A DNA stretch of 50,465 nt from an uncultured Christensenella sp. GTDB lineage: Bacteria; Bacillota; Clostridia; Christensenellales; Aristaeellaceae. The position numbers and the translations under genes are program-made. A model generated the notes under the pieces. That model did not search any database. It worked only from the letters and a program-made list of their open reading frames with translations, and had not been told where the DNA came from. The stretch covers positions 11,469 through 61,933 of the forward strand of contig CAYFSN010000001.1 in NCBI GenBank assembly GCA_964345845.1. Reading direction: 5' to 3'. This document shows positions 16,921 to 27,619 of the stretch, piece by piece (positions within the stretch are counted from its first letter, which is position 1; each line of letters begins with the position of its first letter).

Positions 16921-19717
16921 GGTCTTCTACCTCTTCCATGCTAAAGCATTCAATGACGTCCTTTTCCTTGATGTCATTGTAGCCTTCCAGGCTGATACCG
17001 CACTCATAGCCACTGGCTACTTCACGTACGTCATCCTTGAAGCGGCGCAGTGAAGACAATTTGCCTTCAAACACCACCACGTTATCGCGCAGTAGACGCA
17101 CAGAAGCGTTACGCTGCATCTTGCCGTCAGTTACATAGCAGCCGGCGATGGTGCCGGAGCCCGTTACCTTGAACACATTGCGAACCTCCGCATGTCCCAG
17201 GAGGACTTCCTTGAACACAGGCTCCAACATGCCCTTCATGGCCTTCTCGATGTCTTCAATGGCCTGGTAGATGACGCGGTACAGGCGAATATCCACGCCT
17301 TCCTTTTCAGCCGCGTCACGCGCATTGGCGTTGGGCCGGATGTTGAAGCCAATGATGATGGCACCAAAGGCGGAAGCCAGATTTACGTCATCATTGGTGA
17401 CCGCACCAACGCCCGCGTGCAGGATGCGAACTTTTACCTGGTCTGTGGAGAGTTTCTCCATCGCCTGACGCACTGCCTCAACCGAACCCTGTACGTCAGC
17501 CTTCACAATGATGTTCAGCGTCTCTACTTTGCCTTCGGCAATGTTTTCAAACAGGTTGTCCAGCGTTACCTTGGTAGCAGCGGCAACGCGCTGTTCGCGG
17601 TCCCTGTCCTTGCGCTCCTGCGCCACCTGGCGGGTCAGGCGCTCGTCTTCAACGGCGATCATTTCATCGCCGGCAGAGGGTACGTCTGTAAAACCGGAAA
17701 TCTCCACAGGCATGCTGGGACCGGCGCTGTCAACACGCTCACCCAGGTCGTTGAGCAGCGCGCGCACACGGCCGGAGGCCATGCCCGCAACGATGCTGTC
17801 TCCCACATTCAGCGTACCAGCCTGCAGCAGTACCGTCGCCAGCGGGCCGCGGCTCTTATCAAGCTTCGCTTCGATGATGACGCCGCGCGCCTTGCGGTCC
17901 GGGTTGGCCTGTAACTGCATCACCTCAGCCTGCAGCAGAATCATGTCCAGCAGTTGGTCTACACCTTGGCCGGTATGGGCGCTGACAGGCACCATGATGG
18001 TATCTCCGCCCCACTCTTCCGCGACCAGGCCATAGCCGGTCAAGTCCTGCATGATGCGGTCCGGATTGGCGGTGGGCTTGTCCATTTTGTTGATGGCTAC
18101 AATCACCGGTACTTCGGCTGCCTTGGCGTGGTTAATGGCCTCAACCGTCTGCGGCATGACACCGTCATCAGCGGCGACCACCAGTATGGCAATGTCCGTA
18201 GCTTGCGCGCCGCGGGCACGCATGGCGGTAAACGCCTCGTGACCGGGGGTATCAAGGAAGGTAATGCGCTGGTCGCGAACGTTAACGGAGTACGCACCAA
18301 TGTGCTGGGTAATGCCGCCAGCCTCTGTCTTGGTGACATGCGCACTGCGAATGTAGTCAAGCAGGCTGGTCTTACCATGGTCAACGTGGCCCATAATGGT
18401 AATAACCGGGGGCCGCGGCTGCAGATTTTCCTCTACCTCATCCTGAGCAATTTCTATCAGGGTATCTTCCGCGGTCTTGTCCAGCTTCATCTCCAACTCA
18501 ACACCGAACTCTTCGCACACCAGGGATGCGGTGTCAAAGTCAAGTTCACTGTTGATAGTCGCCAGGTTGCCAAGCAGCAGCAGCTTTTTGAGGATTTCGC
18601 CTGCCGGCCGGCCGATACGTTCAGTGAGATCCTTCACCGTGATGGTTTCAGCCGTCATGTACGCCTTTTCAATTTTGATGGGCGCCATCATCTGCTGCGC
18701 GCTGGGTTTGCGCGTTCTGCTGCGCTTGCCGCCCCGTACCATTTCGTCATCTGTGTGGTTTTTGCGCACCTGCTGCCTGCGGTTGCGGCTGACGTGCTCG
18801 GGGTCATGCTGGCGGTTATAGTTGCGCTTGTTGGGGTCATAGTTGCTGACCCTTTCCTTTTCAACTGGGAAAACGTCCTCAGGACGCGGCGCTCTTGGCG
18901 CAGGGGTGCGTCCACCAGGAGATCTGCCTGCAGGTGCCGCCGGGCGCCCAAACTGCTGTGCACCAGGCGCGGGACGGCCATACTGCTGGGCACCGGGTGC
19001 CGGACGCCCATACTGCTGTGCTCCGGGTGCCGGGCGGCCATACTGTTGCGCGCCGGGTGCCGGACGCCCATATTGCTGCGCCCCAGGTGCCGGGCGGCCA
19101 TACTGCTGCGCGCCAGGCGCCGGACGGCCGTATTGCTGCGCCCCAGGGGCAGGACGGCCGTATTGCTGCTGTCCCGCAGGCCGCGCCTGACGAACGGGCC
19201 GCGCTGGCGGTGTCATCTGTGCGGCGGGCGCAGCAGGAGCAGCGGGCGCTTTTGCTTCCGCTGGGGGTGCGACGGGTGCCGCCGCCTCAACAGGCGCTGG
19301 CTGTGCGGGTTCAGTGGATTTGGTTTCCGCGACAGGTTCCGGTGTCTTCTCAACCGGTGCCGAAGCGGTGACCTCAGCCGGCGCGCTGACCGCTGCCGCA
19401 GCAGGCGCAGGTGTCACTTCAGGTTCTGATGCCGCTACAGGCGCCTCCTCCGGCACTGCCGAGGCGGGCGTCTCCTGCGGCTCATCATCGTCCGGCATGG
19501 TCCAAGCCTTCACCTGCTGCTGCATAAGTTGCTGCTGCTGTTCATAGCGAACGCGCTGCCGCTCTTCTTCCTCCTGGCGCAGTAGTTGGCTTTCCTGCTG
19601 GCGTAGCATTTGCAGCATAATATCTGCATTGCGCTTCAGGCGTTCCGTTTCAGCAAGAATAATCCCTGCCTTTTGATTCAGTTCCTTTGAGACTTCCTTC
19701 AGCCTAACCTTTGTCAT
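16913..19717 (-). CDS. infB: translation initiation factor IF-2
   Basis: 934 aa with a GTPase core ([26 protein letters not shown]) and conserved C-terminal domains. The long low-complexity A/P/E/Q N-terminal region contains decapeptide repeats. Confidence 0.97.
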   Translation of the reverse strand: MTKVRLKEVSKELNQKAGIILAETERLKRNADIMLQMLRQQESQLLRQEEEERQRVRYEQQQQLMQQQVKAWTMPDDDEPQETPASAVPEEAPVAASEPEVTPAPAAAAVSAPAEVTASAPVEKTPEPVAETKSTEPAQPAPVEAAAPVAPPAEAKAPAAPAAPAAQMTPPARPVRQARPAGQQQYGRPAPGAQQYGRPAPGAQQYGRPAPGAQQYGRPAPGAQQYGRPAPGAQQYGRPAPGAQQYGRPAPGAQQFGRPAAPAGRSPGGRTPAPRAPRPEDVFPVEKERVSNYDPNKRNYNRQHDPEHVSRNRRQQVRKNHTDDEMVRGGKRSRTRKPSAQQMMAPIKIEKAYMTAETITVKDLTERIGRPAGEILKKLLLLGNLATINSELDFDTASLVCEEFGVELEMKLDKTAEDTLIEIAQDEVEENLQPRPPVITIMGHVDHGKTSLLDYIRSAHVTKTEAGGITQHIGAYSVNVRDQRITFLDTPGHEAFTAMRARGAQATDIAILVVAADDGVMPQTVEAINHAKAAEVPVIVAINKMDKPTANPDRIMQDLTGYGLVAEEWGGDTIMVPVSAHTGQGVDQLLDMILLQAEVMQLQANPDRKARGVIIEAKLDKSRGPLATVLLQAGTLNVGDSIVAGMASGRVRALLNDLGERVDSAGPSMPVEISGFTDVPSAGDEMIAVEDERLTRQVAQERKDRDREQRVAAATKVTLDNLFENIAEGKVETLNIIVKADVQGSVEAVRQAMEKLSTDQVKVRILHAGVGAVTNDDVNLASAFGAIIIGFNIRPNANARDAAEKEGVDIRLYRVIYQAIEDIEKAMKGMLEPVFKEVLLGHAEVRNVFKVTGSGTIAGCYVTDGKMQRNASVRLLRDNVVVFEGKLSSLRRFKDDVREVASGYECGISLEGYNDIKEKDVIECFSMEEVEDRG
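18929..19168 (-). repeat. 30-bp tandem repeat inside infB encoding 7 perfect [10 protein letters not shown] units plus one degenerate unit ([10 protein letters not shown])
   Basis: Visible 30-nt periodicity (CCnGGnGCnGGnCGnCCnTAnTGnTGnGCn on the + strand). Residues 184-263 of the IF-2 ORF. Confidence 0.9.
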
Positions 19718-19755
19718 GAACCCTTTGTCCTCCGACTCATTGCGTCCTGCGACGC

Positions 19756-20082
19756 TCAGTTATTGTCAACACAGCAAGCTGTGAGTATCTTCTCCCGTAT
19801 GCCCCCTGGCTTGAGGGCGGCTACCATGACCCCTGACCTGCCCAATGCGCTTTCCAGCAGCGCTGCCGGCATCCTATACAGCGGCCTGTTGTAGCTGGTG
19901 CATGTGTCTGTTAAGCGCTTCTGGGTATTTTGCGCCGCTTGTTCATCCACTAGCACTGCCAAGTCTTCCCCTGCTCGAAGCAAGTCCACAACGCGGCCAG
20001 TCCCCAGAACCAATTGACCCGCACGCATAGCCAGCCCCAGCAGCCCCCTTAGCGCCTGTTTATCCACCAACGCTTTCTCCAC
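19756..20082 (-). CDS. ylxQ: L7Ae/YlxQ family RNA-binding protein
   Basis: [47 protein letters not shown] matches the YlxQ/L7Ae pattern, in the conserved position between ylxR and infB. The start is uncertain: the ORF extends to 20127 but overlaps ylxR, so an internal GTG near 20082 is taken. Confidence 0.75.
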   Translation of the reverse strand: MEKALVDKQALRGLLGLAMRAGQLVLGTGRVVDLLRAGEDLAVLVDEQAAQNTQKRLTDTCTSYNRPLYRMPAALLESALGRSGVMVAALKPGGIREKILTACCVDNN

Positions 20083-20344
20083 CCAGGCTCTCGACTTCCT
20101 GGAGCAGTGCGGTGCGAACCGATTCATCCAATTGAACTTCCAGTGCCCGCTCCAACTGCCGCTGTTTCAGCGCCCGTGCCATGCATTGCTTGTCCTTGCA
20201 CACATAGGCGCCTCGTCCCGACTTCTTGCCCGTGGTATCCAGGGAGGCCGCACCTTCTGGTGTGCGCACAACCCGAAGCAACTCTTTCTTGGGCCTCATT
20301 TCCCGGCAGCCAACGCACATGCGCAGGGGTACTTTCTTTGCCAT
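20060..20344 (-). CDS. ylxR: YlxR (DUF448) family RNA-binding protein
   Basis: MAKKVPLRMCVGCREMRPKKELLRVV...GRGAYVC is the DUF448 signature; lies directly after nusA. Confidence 0.9.
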   Translation of the reverse strand: MAKKVPLRMCVGCREMRPKKELLRVVRTPEGAASLDTTGKKSGRGAYVCKDKQCMARALKQRQLERALEVQLDESVRTALLQEVESLGGESVGG

Positions 20345-20347
20345 CGG

Positions 20348-21526
20348 TTATTCCGCGTAGCCACCACCGGTGGGGTACTCGTCGGGGTACTCGGCAAAGT
20401 CATCATATCCTGGCGCTTGTTCCTGCGGGATATCATCCGGCGAAATGCCCTGCTCCCGCATCAGCTCAGCAACCTGGGTCTCAGACTTGATGTCAATCTT
20501 CCAGCCGGTCAATTTGGCGGCCAGGCGGGCGTTCTGCCCTTCTTTGCCAATCGCCAGGGAAAGCTGTGTATCCGGCACGACGACGCGGCAAATCTTCTCG
20601 CTTTCCGAAATAAACACGCTGACCACGTGCGCGGGGTTTAGGGCGTTTGCCACAAACTCCGCAGGATCTGCGGACCACTTGATGATGTCAATTTTCTCGT
20701 TCTTGAGTTCCTTTACGACACTCTCAACACGCGTTCCGCGGGGGCCAACACACGCGCCGACCGGATCGATCATGGGCTCTACAGAGTGCACCGCAATCTT
20801 GGTTCGGCTGCCTGCTTCGCGGGCGATTGAGCGAATCTGCACCACACCGGTAGCGATTTCCGGCACTTCCATTTCAAACAGGCGCTTGACCAGCCCCGGA
20901 TGAATGCGGCTGACATACACTTGGGGATTGCGGCTAAACTCCGGCCCCGAGCGGTGTACCTTCAGCACGTATACTTTGATGTGATCATCATCCCGGTATT
21001 CCTCGCCCGGCATAAACTCAGAAGATTCGAGCACGCCTTCCGTGCGGCCCAGTTCCACATAGACGGCCTTGGGCTCGACGCGCTGTACAATGGCGGTGAG
21101 GATTTCGTTTTCCTTTTCGATGTACTCGTCGTATATCTTGCCGCGCTCGGCTTCCCGAATGCGCTGCACCAGCATTTGCTTGGCTGTTTGAGCAGCGACG
21201 CGTCCAAAGTCAGAAGGGGTTACGTCGATTTCCACGATGTCACCCAACTGGATGTCCGGGCGAATCCGCACGGCCTCATCCATGGTAATCTGGATTTCCG
21301 GCTCTTCCACCTCTTCCACAACGACCTTACGCGCATACACCTTTGCGCCTTCCTTGCGAGTAAGGTGCACGGCCAGATTCAGCGCGGAACCGCTTTGCTT
21401 GTTGTTTCTGCGGTAGGCGACTTTTAAGGCTTCCTCAATGGTGTCAATGAGAATGGCCTCATTGATATCTTTCTCCCGCGCCAGCATGGAGATGGCATCC
21501 ATCAAATCATGCTTCTGGTTGCTCAT
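20348..21526 (-). CDS. nusA: transcription termination/antitermination factor NusA
   Basis: 392 aa with an N-terminal RNAP-binding domain, S1 (GDIVEIDV...) and KH1/KH2 (CVGPRGTRV, AIGKEGQNARLAAKLTGWKIDI). Confidence 0.97.
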   Translation of the reverse strand: MSNQKHDLMDAISMLAREKDINEAILIDTIEEALKVAYRRNNKQSGSALNLAVHLTRKEGAKVYARKVVVEEVEEPEIQITMDEAVRIRPDIQLGDIVEIDVTPSDFGRVAAQTAKQMLVQRIREAERGKIYDEYIEKENEILTAIVQRVEPKAVYVELGRTEGVLESSEFMPGEEYRDDDHIKVYVLKVHRSGPEFSRNPQVYVSRIHPGLVKRLFEMEVPEIATGVVQIRSIAREAGSRTKIAVHSVEPMIDPVGACVGPRGTRVESVVKELKNEKIDIIKWSADPAEFVANALNPAHVVSVFISESEKICRVVVPDTQLSLAIGKEGQNARLAAKLTGWKIDIKSETQVAELMREQGISPDDIPQEQAPGYDDFAEYPDEYPTGGGYAE

Positions 21527-22019
21527 GTGCGTTATCCTCCGTGTTTTCCTCTTGTGCTTCCAGTACTTCTTCTACGTTTATTGTGCGCTTGGCAACTGCG
21601 ATGGCCTTAATGGGTACCTCCACCCGCTCTTGCCCCAGATCCAGCGCATAGTGTTCACTGTCAAAGCTTACCAACGTGCCGGATAGTTCTTTTCGGCCGT
21701 TCAGCGGCTTGTACAGCTTAATCTCCACTTGTTGGCCAAGTGCCTTCTGGGCGTCCTTGGCCGTCTTGATGGGCCGGTCAATGCCGGGTGAACAAACTTC
21801 CAGGAAGTCATAGTCGGCATCTTCCACCAACGGTTGTACCTTGCGGTGAAATGCCTCACAGTCGTCCAGTGTAATGCCTTCGGCTTTGTCAATGTAAAAC
21901 CGAAGATACATGCCGGGGCCTTCCTTTTCGAAGGCAGCGTCCACCAGTTCATAGCCCATGGATTCCGCCAGCTGCTCTGACACAGCCCGAACATCCAAAC
22001 CACGCTTGCGTTTACTCAT
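21507..22019 (-). CDS. rimP: ribosome maturation factor RimP
   Basis: MSKRKRGLDVRAVSEQLAESMGYELVDAAFEKEGPGMYLRFYID...LEVCSPGIDRP matches RimP. The ORF-track start at 22085 adds 22 non-homologous residues. Confidence 0.88.
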   Translation of the reverse strand: MSKRKRGLDVRAVSEQLAESMGYELVDAAFEKEGPGMYLRFYIDKAEGITLDDCEAFHRKVQPLVEDADYDFLEVCSPGIDRPIKTAKDAQKALGQQVEIKLYKPLNGRKELSGTLVSFDSEHYALDLGQERVEVPIKAIAVAKRTINVEEVLEAQEENTEDNAHEQPEA

Positions 22020-22218
22020 CGTCTTGCAAAATAAAAAGTGGGCATCAGCTGCGCCTTTGGAAAGGAGCGTACGCCAAAACGGCATCTCTCCCCCAACGCA
22101 ACTCCCACTCTTCGCTAAACCCTTCCTTCATCCAAATAGTACAAAGGAAGTATAGCATACGGCCGTTGACAACACAAGCAAACTTTTGCCAACTTCCGCC
22201 TTTACTGTTTTGGTTCGT

Positions 22219-25200
22219 CTATAGAAAACTAAAGAAGTCTACCTGGTTGGTATCGGATAGCCCTTGCAGGGCGCCAGCCTCCCGCAGCAGCTCGATGCCG
22301 CTGGAACTGACCTTCGTGCGGCGCTTCATATCTTCAATGGATACAAACGGCTCGCCCCTGGCCTCCAGGATGCTCTGCGCTGCCGTCAAGCCAAAGCCGT
22401 TGAGCGCGGCAAAAGGTACCCGCAGCGCGCCTTCCTCAATGAGAAACTCTGCCGCATCGCTCTTGTACAGATCTGGCGGCAAAAACTTGTAACCCCGCGC
22501 CGACATCTCCAGCACCAACTCAAGCGCAACAATTTCGTCCTTCTGCGTGCCGCTGAGATCTTTTTGCTCTACTGCGTTCAGTTCATCCAGCATCACGCGA
22601 ATGTACTCAGCAGGCTTCAGCATGGTATTGGCATCAAACCCAGCAGAGCGAATGGAGAAATACGCCGCGTAATACGCCAGCGGGTGGTGCACCTTAAACC
22701 ACGCTACCCTAAGCGCCATCGTCACGTATGCCACAGCATGACTCTTGGGGAACATGTAAGCGATTTTGTTGCAGCTGTCAATGAACCATTCCTCCACGCC
22801 ATGCTCCTGCATTGCGCTTTCCATTTCTGGCACCAGGCCTCTGCCTTTGCGCACACGCTCCATGGCATCAAAGGCCATTCTATCGGCGACACCTCGTGCG
22901 ATCAGCGAGTTCATGATGTCATCACGCGTGCAAATGCAGTTTTTCAATGTTGCCGTATCAGACATAATCAACTCCCTGGCATTACCCAACCATACATTGG
23001 TGCCATGGGAAAGGCCAGAAATGCGAATCAGTTCCTCCATGGTGGTTGGCTGCGTCTCAACCAGCATCTGGCGGACAAAAGTGGTGCCAAACTCCGGAAT
23101 GCCCAGCGTACCCGTCGGACAGCCGATAGCTTCAGCTGTTACACCCAGCGCATCCGGGGAGGTGAACAGCGACATGGTTTGCGGTTCACCAAGCGGTACA
23201 TCCGTATAGTGCACCCCCGTCAAGCGCTCCAGCATATGAATCATTGTGGGGTCATCATGCCCCAGTATATCCAGTTTGACCAGGATATCGTGCATGGACG
23301 CAAAGTCGTAGTGCGTGGTGATGGTGTCGGTGTTCTGGTCATCGGCCGGGTGCTGCACCGCGGTAAACTGCGTAATGTCATATTCTTTGGGCAGTACCAC
23401 GATGCCGCCCGGATGCTGTCCTGTTGTCCGCTTTACACCAACGCACCCCATGGCGAGGCGCTGCTTTTCCGCGTCAGACATGGGCAGCCCCTTGTCCTCC
23501 ATATAGCGCATGACAAGCCCAAAGGCGGTCTTTTCCTGCAAAGTGCCAATGGTGCCCGCACGGAAGACGAAACCTTTACCAAACAGCTCTTCCACATAGG
23601 CATGGGCAGTGGCTTGGTACGCGCCGGAAAAGTTCAGGTCAATATCGGGCACCTTATCTCCCTCAAAGCCCAGGAAGACCTCAAATGGGATATCAAAGCC
23701 ATCCTTCACCATGGGTTTACCGCAGGCAGGGCAGGGTTTGTCCGGAAGGTCAACACCCACAGTGTAGCCATCTGGTACATCAAAGTATGACTGACGGCAC
23801 GATGCGCACCGGTAGTGGGGCGGCAAGGGGTTCACTTCTGTGATGCCGCACAGCGTGGCCACCAGTGAGGAGCCAACCGACCCACGGCTGCCGACCACAT
23901 ATCCATCACTGAGCGATTTGGCAACCAGTTTATTGGCAATTCTATAAAGCGTCGCAAAACCATAGCCAATAATGGACGTCAGTTCCTTGTCAATTCTGCG
24001 CTCCACAACCGCCGGAAGCTGATCTCCATACCAGCTATGCGCTTTCTCCATGGTCATGCGGCGGATATCCTCTTCCGCCGTTTCCCATACCGGCGTAAAG
24101 GTGGTCAGGTTCTGGGGGTGCTGAGGGTACAGCGAAATTTCACCTATCTGGTCAAGGATACGCAATGGATTGTCAATGACAATCTCCTGCGCCTTTTCTT
24201 CGCCCAAATAGGCAAAGCAATCCAGCATTTCCTCGGTGGTCCGCAGGTGCTTTGTGGGATGCTCATCCGCCAGGTCATCGTGCTGGCTGTGCTTGAGAAT
24301 CACCCGGAACATCCTATCCTCAGGATCCAGGTAATGGGCATCACCGGTGGCGACCACCGGAATGCCGAGCTTTTCTCCCAGGGCAATGATGCGGTTGTTG
24401 ATGACATGCAGTTCATCCAGGCTGCCGACCAAGCCACGCCGAATCAGCAGGCTGTTTTGCTCTGCTGGCTGTACTTCCAGATAATCGTAGAACTGGGCGA
24501 TTTCCTCCAGCGTGGTTTCGGGGTCGTTATTGAGTATCGCCTGAAATAACTCACCGTCGGCACAAGCGCTGCCCAACAATAAGCCCTCACGGTATTGTTC
24601 GATGAGGTCGCGCGGCACTTTGGGCACATAGTGAAAGTGTTCCAGGTGCGCTGCAGAAACCAGGCGGTTGATGTTTTGCAGACCCTGTTGGTCCTTGGCC
24701 AGCAGGATAATGTGCCGGTCAATGCCCTTGGTATAACCGTTGATGGTCTGATCCAACTGTTCCAGCGTGTTGGCGCCGCGCTCCTTGCCTTCCTGCAGCA
24801 TGATGGCCAGAATCTGCGCCGTGGCGGTCGCGTCGTGCACCGCACGGTGCGCGTTGCGCAGCGACACCCCCAGATGTCTGCAAACCGCGGCCAACCGAAA
24901 GCGCTTAAGCGCCGGATACAGTTTCTGCGCAAAAGCCAGTGTGTCCACCTGCGGACAGGCGTGCTTTAGGCCTTGCCGCTGCAGTTCCTGCTGTAATATG
25001 GCCACGTCAAAGCTTGCGTTATGCGCTGCAATTGGGCTGTCGCCAATAAAGCGCATCAATTCTGGTACAGCGGTTTGCGCTGTCGGCTGGTCCAACAGCA
25101 TTTGGTCTGTGATACCCGTAATGTCAGTGATCACTTTGGGCAGCGGCATTCCCGGGTTGACCAGCGTGGAAAAGCTGTCCTCAATCTCCCCGTTTACCAA

Positions 25201-26550
25201 ACGCACGGCACCGATTTCGATGATGCGGCTGCTGCGTGTGTTAAGCCCCGTGGTTTCAAAGTCTACCACCACGATGGACTCATCAACAGACCGTGCCGAG
25301 GCTTGCCGCACAATGGGCAGGCTGTCAATCATGTACGCTTCCATGCCGGGGATTAGCTTGATTTTGTTTTTCCGGGCAGCAGCGAATGCCTCCGGGTACG
25401 CCTGGGTGACCCCATGGTCCGTGATGGCGATGGCCGGGTGCCCCCAAGATGCCGTCCGCTTAATCAGTTCCCCTGCGGACATGGTGGCGTCCATCACGCT
25501 CATCTGTGTATGCGCGTGCAACTCCACGCGTTTTCTGGGGGCGTTATCCGCCCGTGTGGGCAGTTCTTGGGTGTTGATATCCTGCACCATCAGCACCAAA
25601 GCGCGGTCAAATGTGTCGATTTGGCAGGTGCCGCGCACCTTGAGCCCATCGCCAACCCGTACAGCAGCGACAATGTCTTCCAGGGCTTTGCGCTCTTCTT
25701 CAGATGGCGCAACGGGCTCTCCCTCGTGTTTGAAGCGCTGGTTGCGGTAGCGCAGGAAGATTTTGCAGTTGATGGAGCCGCTGAAGTCCGTGATGATAAA
25801 GCTGAGCAGCACCATTTCCTTGCCGGGAATATCGCGCCGATCCGCGCTGATGACCTTTCCGGCAATGGTCACCCGGCCAGATAGTTCCCCCAGGCCGCTG
25901 ATGGCAACTGGCTCATCGGCAATGCTGGTGCCTTTGATGCGGCCGTTCGCACGGCGCTTCCCCTGCTTCTTTTGCGTCTCCTCTGATATTTGCGCCTGCG
26001 TCTCCCTCAGCAGTTCCGCTTCTTTCTGCCTTTCCTGCTCAATGCGCTGAAGGCGCTGTTTGACATCATCCTGCAGCCGGAACAGCAATTCCGGTTCACT
26101 GCGGAACAGATCATATACTGCGGTCCGCAGAACACTCAGCACATCCCTGTTGCGAAAATACTGCAGGGAAAAATCATCCGGCAATTCCAGCACGACCGCG
26201 TTATCCTCCGATAGGTAGCGAATCTCCGGAATCCAGGACACGGCCGCAGGGTGCGCGCGCGCCAAAATGGTGTTGAACACCGGCGCGTACTTCTCCGGTG
26301 TACGCAAAAAGTCGTCCGCCAGTGAGGGGGACGCAACGCGCAAAGAAAACCGCACCTTGGGCAGCGCTTTTGCGATTTCTCGTTTGATGGTGTTAAACGC
26401 CTTCTCCGCGACCAGGGCGTCGCTAAAGAAACTGACAAGCGCTCGGCCGCGCCTGGCATCGTAGCGGATGCCCTCCAGCGTCAGCTTGCCCTCCAGCTCT
26501 GGTATCGCTGCATAAATGCCCTTCAGCAGTTCTTCGTAGCCCAATGTCAT
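22219..26550 (-). CDS. polC: DNA polymerase III alpha subunit, PolC type (with internal 3'-5' exonuclease)
   Basis: 1443 aa with PHP (VELHAHTQMS), a DEDDh exonuclease insert (VVDFETTGL...HNASFDV...HRAVHDA) and a polymerase core (GSVGSS, DIDLNF). Confidence 0.98.
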   Translation of the reverse strand: MTLGYEELLKGIYAAIPELEGKLTLEGIRYDARRGRALVSFFSDALVAEKAFNTIKREIAKALPKVRFSLRVASPSLADDFLRTPEKYAPVFNTILARAHPAAVSWIPEIRYLSEDNAVVLELPDDFSLQYFRNRDVLSVLRTAVYDLFRSEPELLFRLQDDVKQRLQRIEQERQKEAELLRETQAQISEETQKKQGKRRANGRIKGTSIADEPVAISGLGELSGRVTIAGKVISADRRDIPGKEMVLLSFIITDFSGSINCKIFLRYRNQRFKHEGEPVAPSEEERKALEDIVAAVRVGDGLKVRGTCQIDTFDRALVLMVQDINTQELPTRADNAPRKRVELHAHTQMSVMDATMSAGELIKRTASWGHPAIAITDHGVTQAYPEAFAAARKNKIKLIPGMEAYMIDSLPIVRQASARSVDESIVVVDFETTGLNTRSSRIIEIGAVRLVNGEIEDSFSTLVNPGMPLPKVITDITGITDQMLLDQPTAQTAVPELMRFIGDSPIAAHNASFDVAILQQELQRQGLKHACPQVDTLAFAQKLYPALKRFRLAAVCRHLGVSLRNAHRAVHDATATAQILAIMLQEGKERGANTLEQLDQTINGYTKGIDRHIILLAKDQQGLQNINRLVSAAHLEHFHYVPKVPRDLIEQYREGLLLGSACADGELFQAILNNDPETTLEEIAQFYDYLEVQPAEQNSLLIRRGLVGSLDELHVINNRIIALGEKLGIPVVATGDAHYLDPEDRMFRVILKHSQHDDLADEHPTKHLRTTEEMLDCFAYLGEEKAQEIVIDNPLRILDQIGEISLYPQHPQNLTTFTPVWETAEEDIRRMTMEKAHSWYGDQLPAVVERRIDKELTSIIGYGFATLYRIANKLVAKSLSDGYVVGSRGSVGSSLVATLCGITEVNPLPPHYRCASCRQSYFDVPDGYTVGVDLPDKPCPACGKPMVKDGFDIPFEVFLGFEGDKVPDIDLNFSGAYQATAHAYVEELFGKGFVFRAGTIGTLQEKTAFGLVMRYMEDKGLPMSDAEKQRLAMGCVGVKRTTGQHPGGIVVLPKEYDITQFTAVQHPADDQNTDTITTHYDFASMHDILVKLDILGHDDPTMIHMLERLTGVHYTDVPLGEPQTMSLFTSPDALGVTAEAIGCPTGTLGIPEFGTTFVRQMLVETQPTTMEELIRISGLSHGTNVWLGNARELIMSDTATLKNCICTRDDIMNSLIARGVADRMAFDAMERVRKGRGLVPEMESAMQEHGVEEWFIDSCNKIAYMFPKSHAVAYVTMALRVAWFKVHHPLAYYAAYFSIRSAGFDANTMLKPAEYIRVMLDELNAVEQKDLSGTQKDEIVALELVLEMSARGYKFLPPDLYKSDAAEFLIEEGALRVPFAALNGFGLTAAQSILEARGEPFVSIEDMKRRTKVSSSGIELLREAGALQGLSDTNQVDFFSFL

Positions 26551-27611
26551 GCTCCTGTTTGGTGTTCCCGCAAATACGCATTCAGTGCGTCAATAATCGC
26601 ATCGGCAGGGTTGTCCGTCACCTTTCTGATAAACACGCCGTCAACGTACAGCGCGCCGCTGTCTTTTCCGCCGCAGTAGGCGATGTCGGCTTCCCGTGCT
26701 TCGCCCGGCCCATTGACCACGCACCCCATCACCGCCACCTTTACAGGTTGGGTAATGTGGGCCGTGCGCTGTTCCACTTCCTTTGCGATGGCTTCGACGT
26801 CCACCTGGGTTCTGCCGCAGGTGGGACAGGAAATCAACTGCAAAGCACCACGAAGACCAATCGCGCGCAGAATATCAATGGCCGCTTTGGGTTCCGCCAA
26901 AGGCGACCCGGTGAGGGATACTCGTACCGTATGCCCAATGCCGTCCAGCAACAAGGCGCCAACACCAATGGCACTCTTGATGGTGCCCTGTCCTGGCAAC
27001 CCAGCCTCCGTCACGCCCAAGTGCAAAGGATAGCCAAAGCGCTTGTCCGCCAGGCGATAGGTGTCTACCGTCAAGCGCACGTCGCTTGCTTTCAAGGAAA
27101 GCACAATGTCATCAAAGCCGGCCTGCTCTAGCAGTTCCACATGACGCTGCGCGGAAAGCACCAATGCTTCCGCCGTAACGCCGCCTGTCTGTGCCAATAT
27201 GTCCTTGGGCACCGAGCCTGAGTTTACCCCGATGCGGATGGGAATGCCATGCGCTTTCGCACAGTCGGCCACCAAGCGCACTTGATTGGCGTCTTGCAGG
27301 TTACCCGGGTTGATGCGCAGCTTGGATATCCCGTTTTCAATGGCACTGAGCGCCAGCTTGTGATCAAAGTGAATATCCGCCACCAACGGTATGGGACTGC
27401 CGTCCACCAGTGCGCGTACGGCCGATGCACAGTCCGCGTCATACACCGATACACGCACCAAGTCAGCGCCAGCGTCATGCAGCGCGCGGATTTGGTGGAG
27501 GGTAGCGGCTACATCCTCCGTTGGTGTATTGGTCATGGATTGTACACTGACGGGGTGATGACCGCCTATGGGCCATTTGCCAACCAGTACTGTACGTTTT
27601 TCGTTGCTCAT
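26547..27611 (-). CDS. ispG: 4-hydroxy-3-methylbut-2-en-1-yl diphosphate synthase
   Basis: 354 aa with VGKWPIGGHHPVSVQSMTNT, RINPGN and CPTCGR...GCVVNGPGE, the IspG/GcpE motifs. Confidence 0.96.
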   Translation of the reverse strand: MSNEKRTVLVGKWPIGGHHPVSVQSMTNTPTEDVAATLHQIRALHDAGADLVRVSVYDADCASAVRALVDGSPIPLVADIHFDHKLALSAIENGISKLRINPGNLQDANQVRLVADCAKAHGIPIRIGVNSGSVPKDILAQTGGVTAEALVLSAQRHVELLEQAGFDDIVLSLKASDVRLTVDTYRLADKRFGYPLHLGVTEAGLPGQGTIKSAIGVGALLLDGIGHTVRVSLTGSPLAEPKAAIDILRAIGLRGALQLISCPTCGRTQVDVEAIAKEVEQRTAHITQPVKVAVMGCVVNGPGEAREADIAYCGGKDSGALYVDGVFIRKVTDNPADAIIDALNAYLREHQTGA

Positions 27612-27619
27612 ATCAAGCC

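Noticed and set aside
17954-19429. 491-aa plus-strand ORF opposite infB
   Set aside because: It is antisense to a confidently identified IF-2 gene. Its composition is Arg/Gly/Cys/Leu-rich and repeat-mirroring, typical of spurious open frames in GC-rich DNA. It has no SD or recognisable motifs.
22020-22218. Structured leader or attenuator upstream of rimP-nusA
   Set aside because: A TGC-TATACT extended -10 is plausible and a T-run (CACTTTTTATTTT) precedes the rimP ATG. I could not find a convincing stem preceding the T-run, so no terminator or attenuator call is made.
22264-23790. 508-aa plus-strand ORF opposite polC
   Set aside because: Antisense shadow ORF inside PolC with no motifs, no SD and an implausible His/Arg-rich composition.
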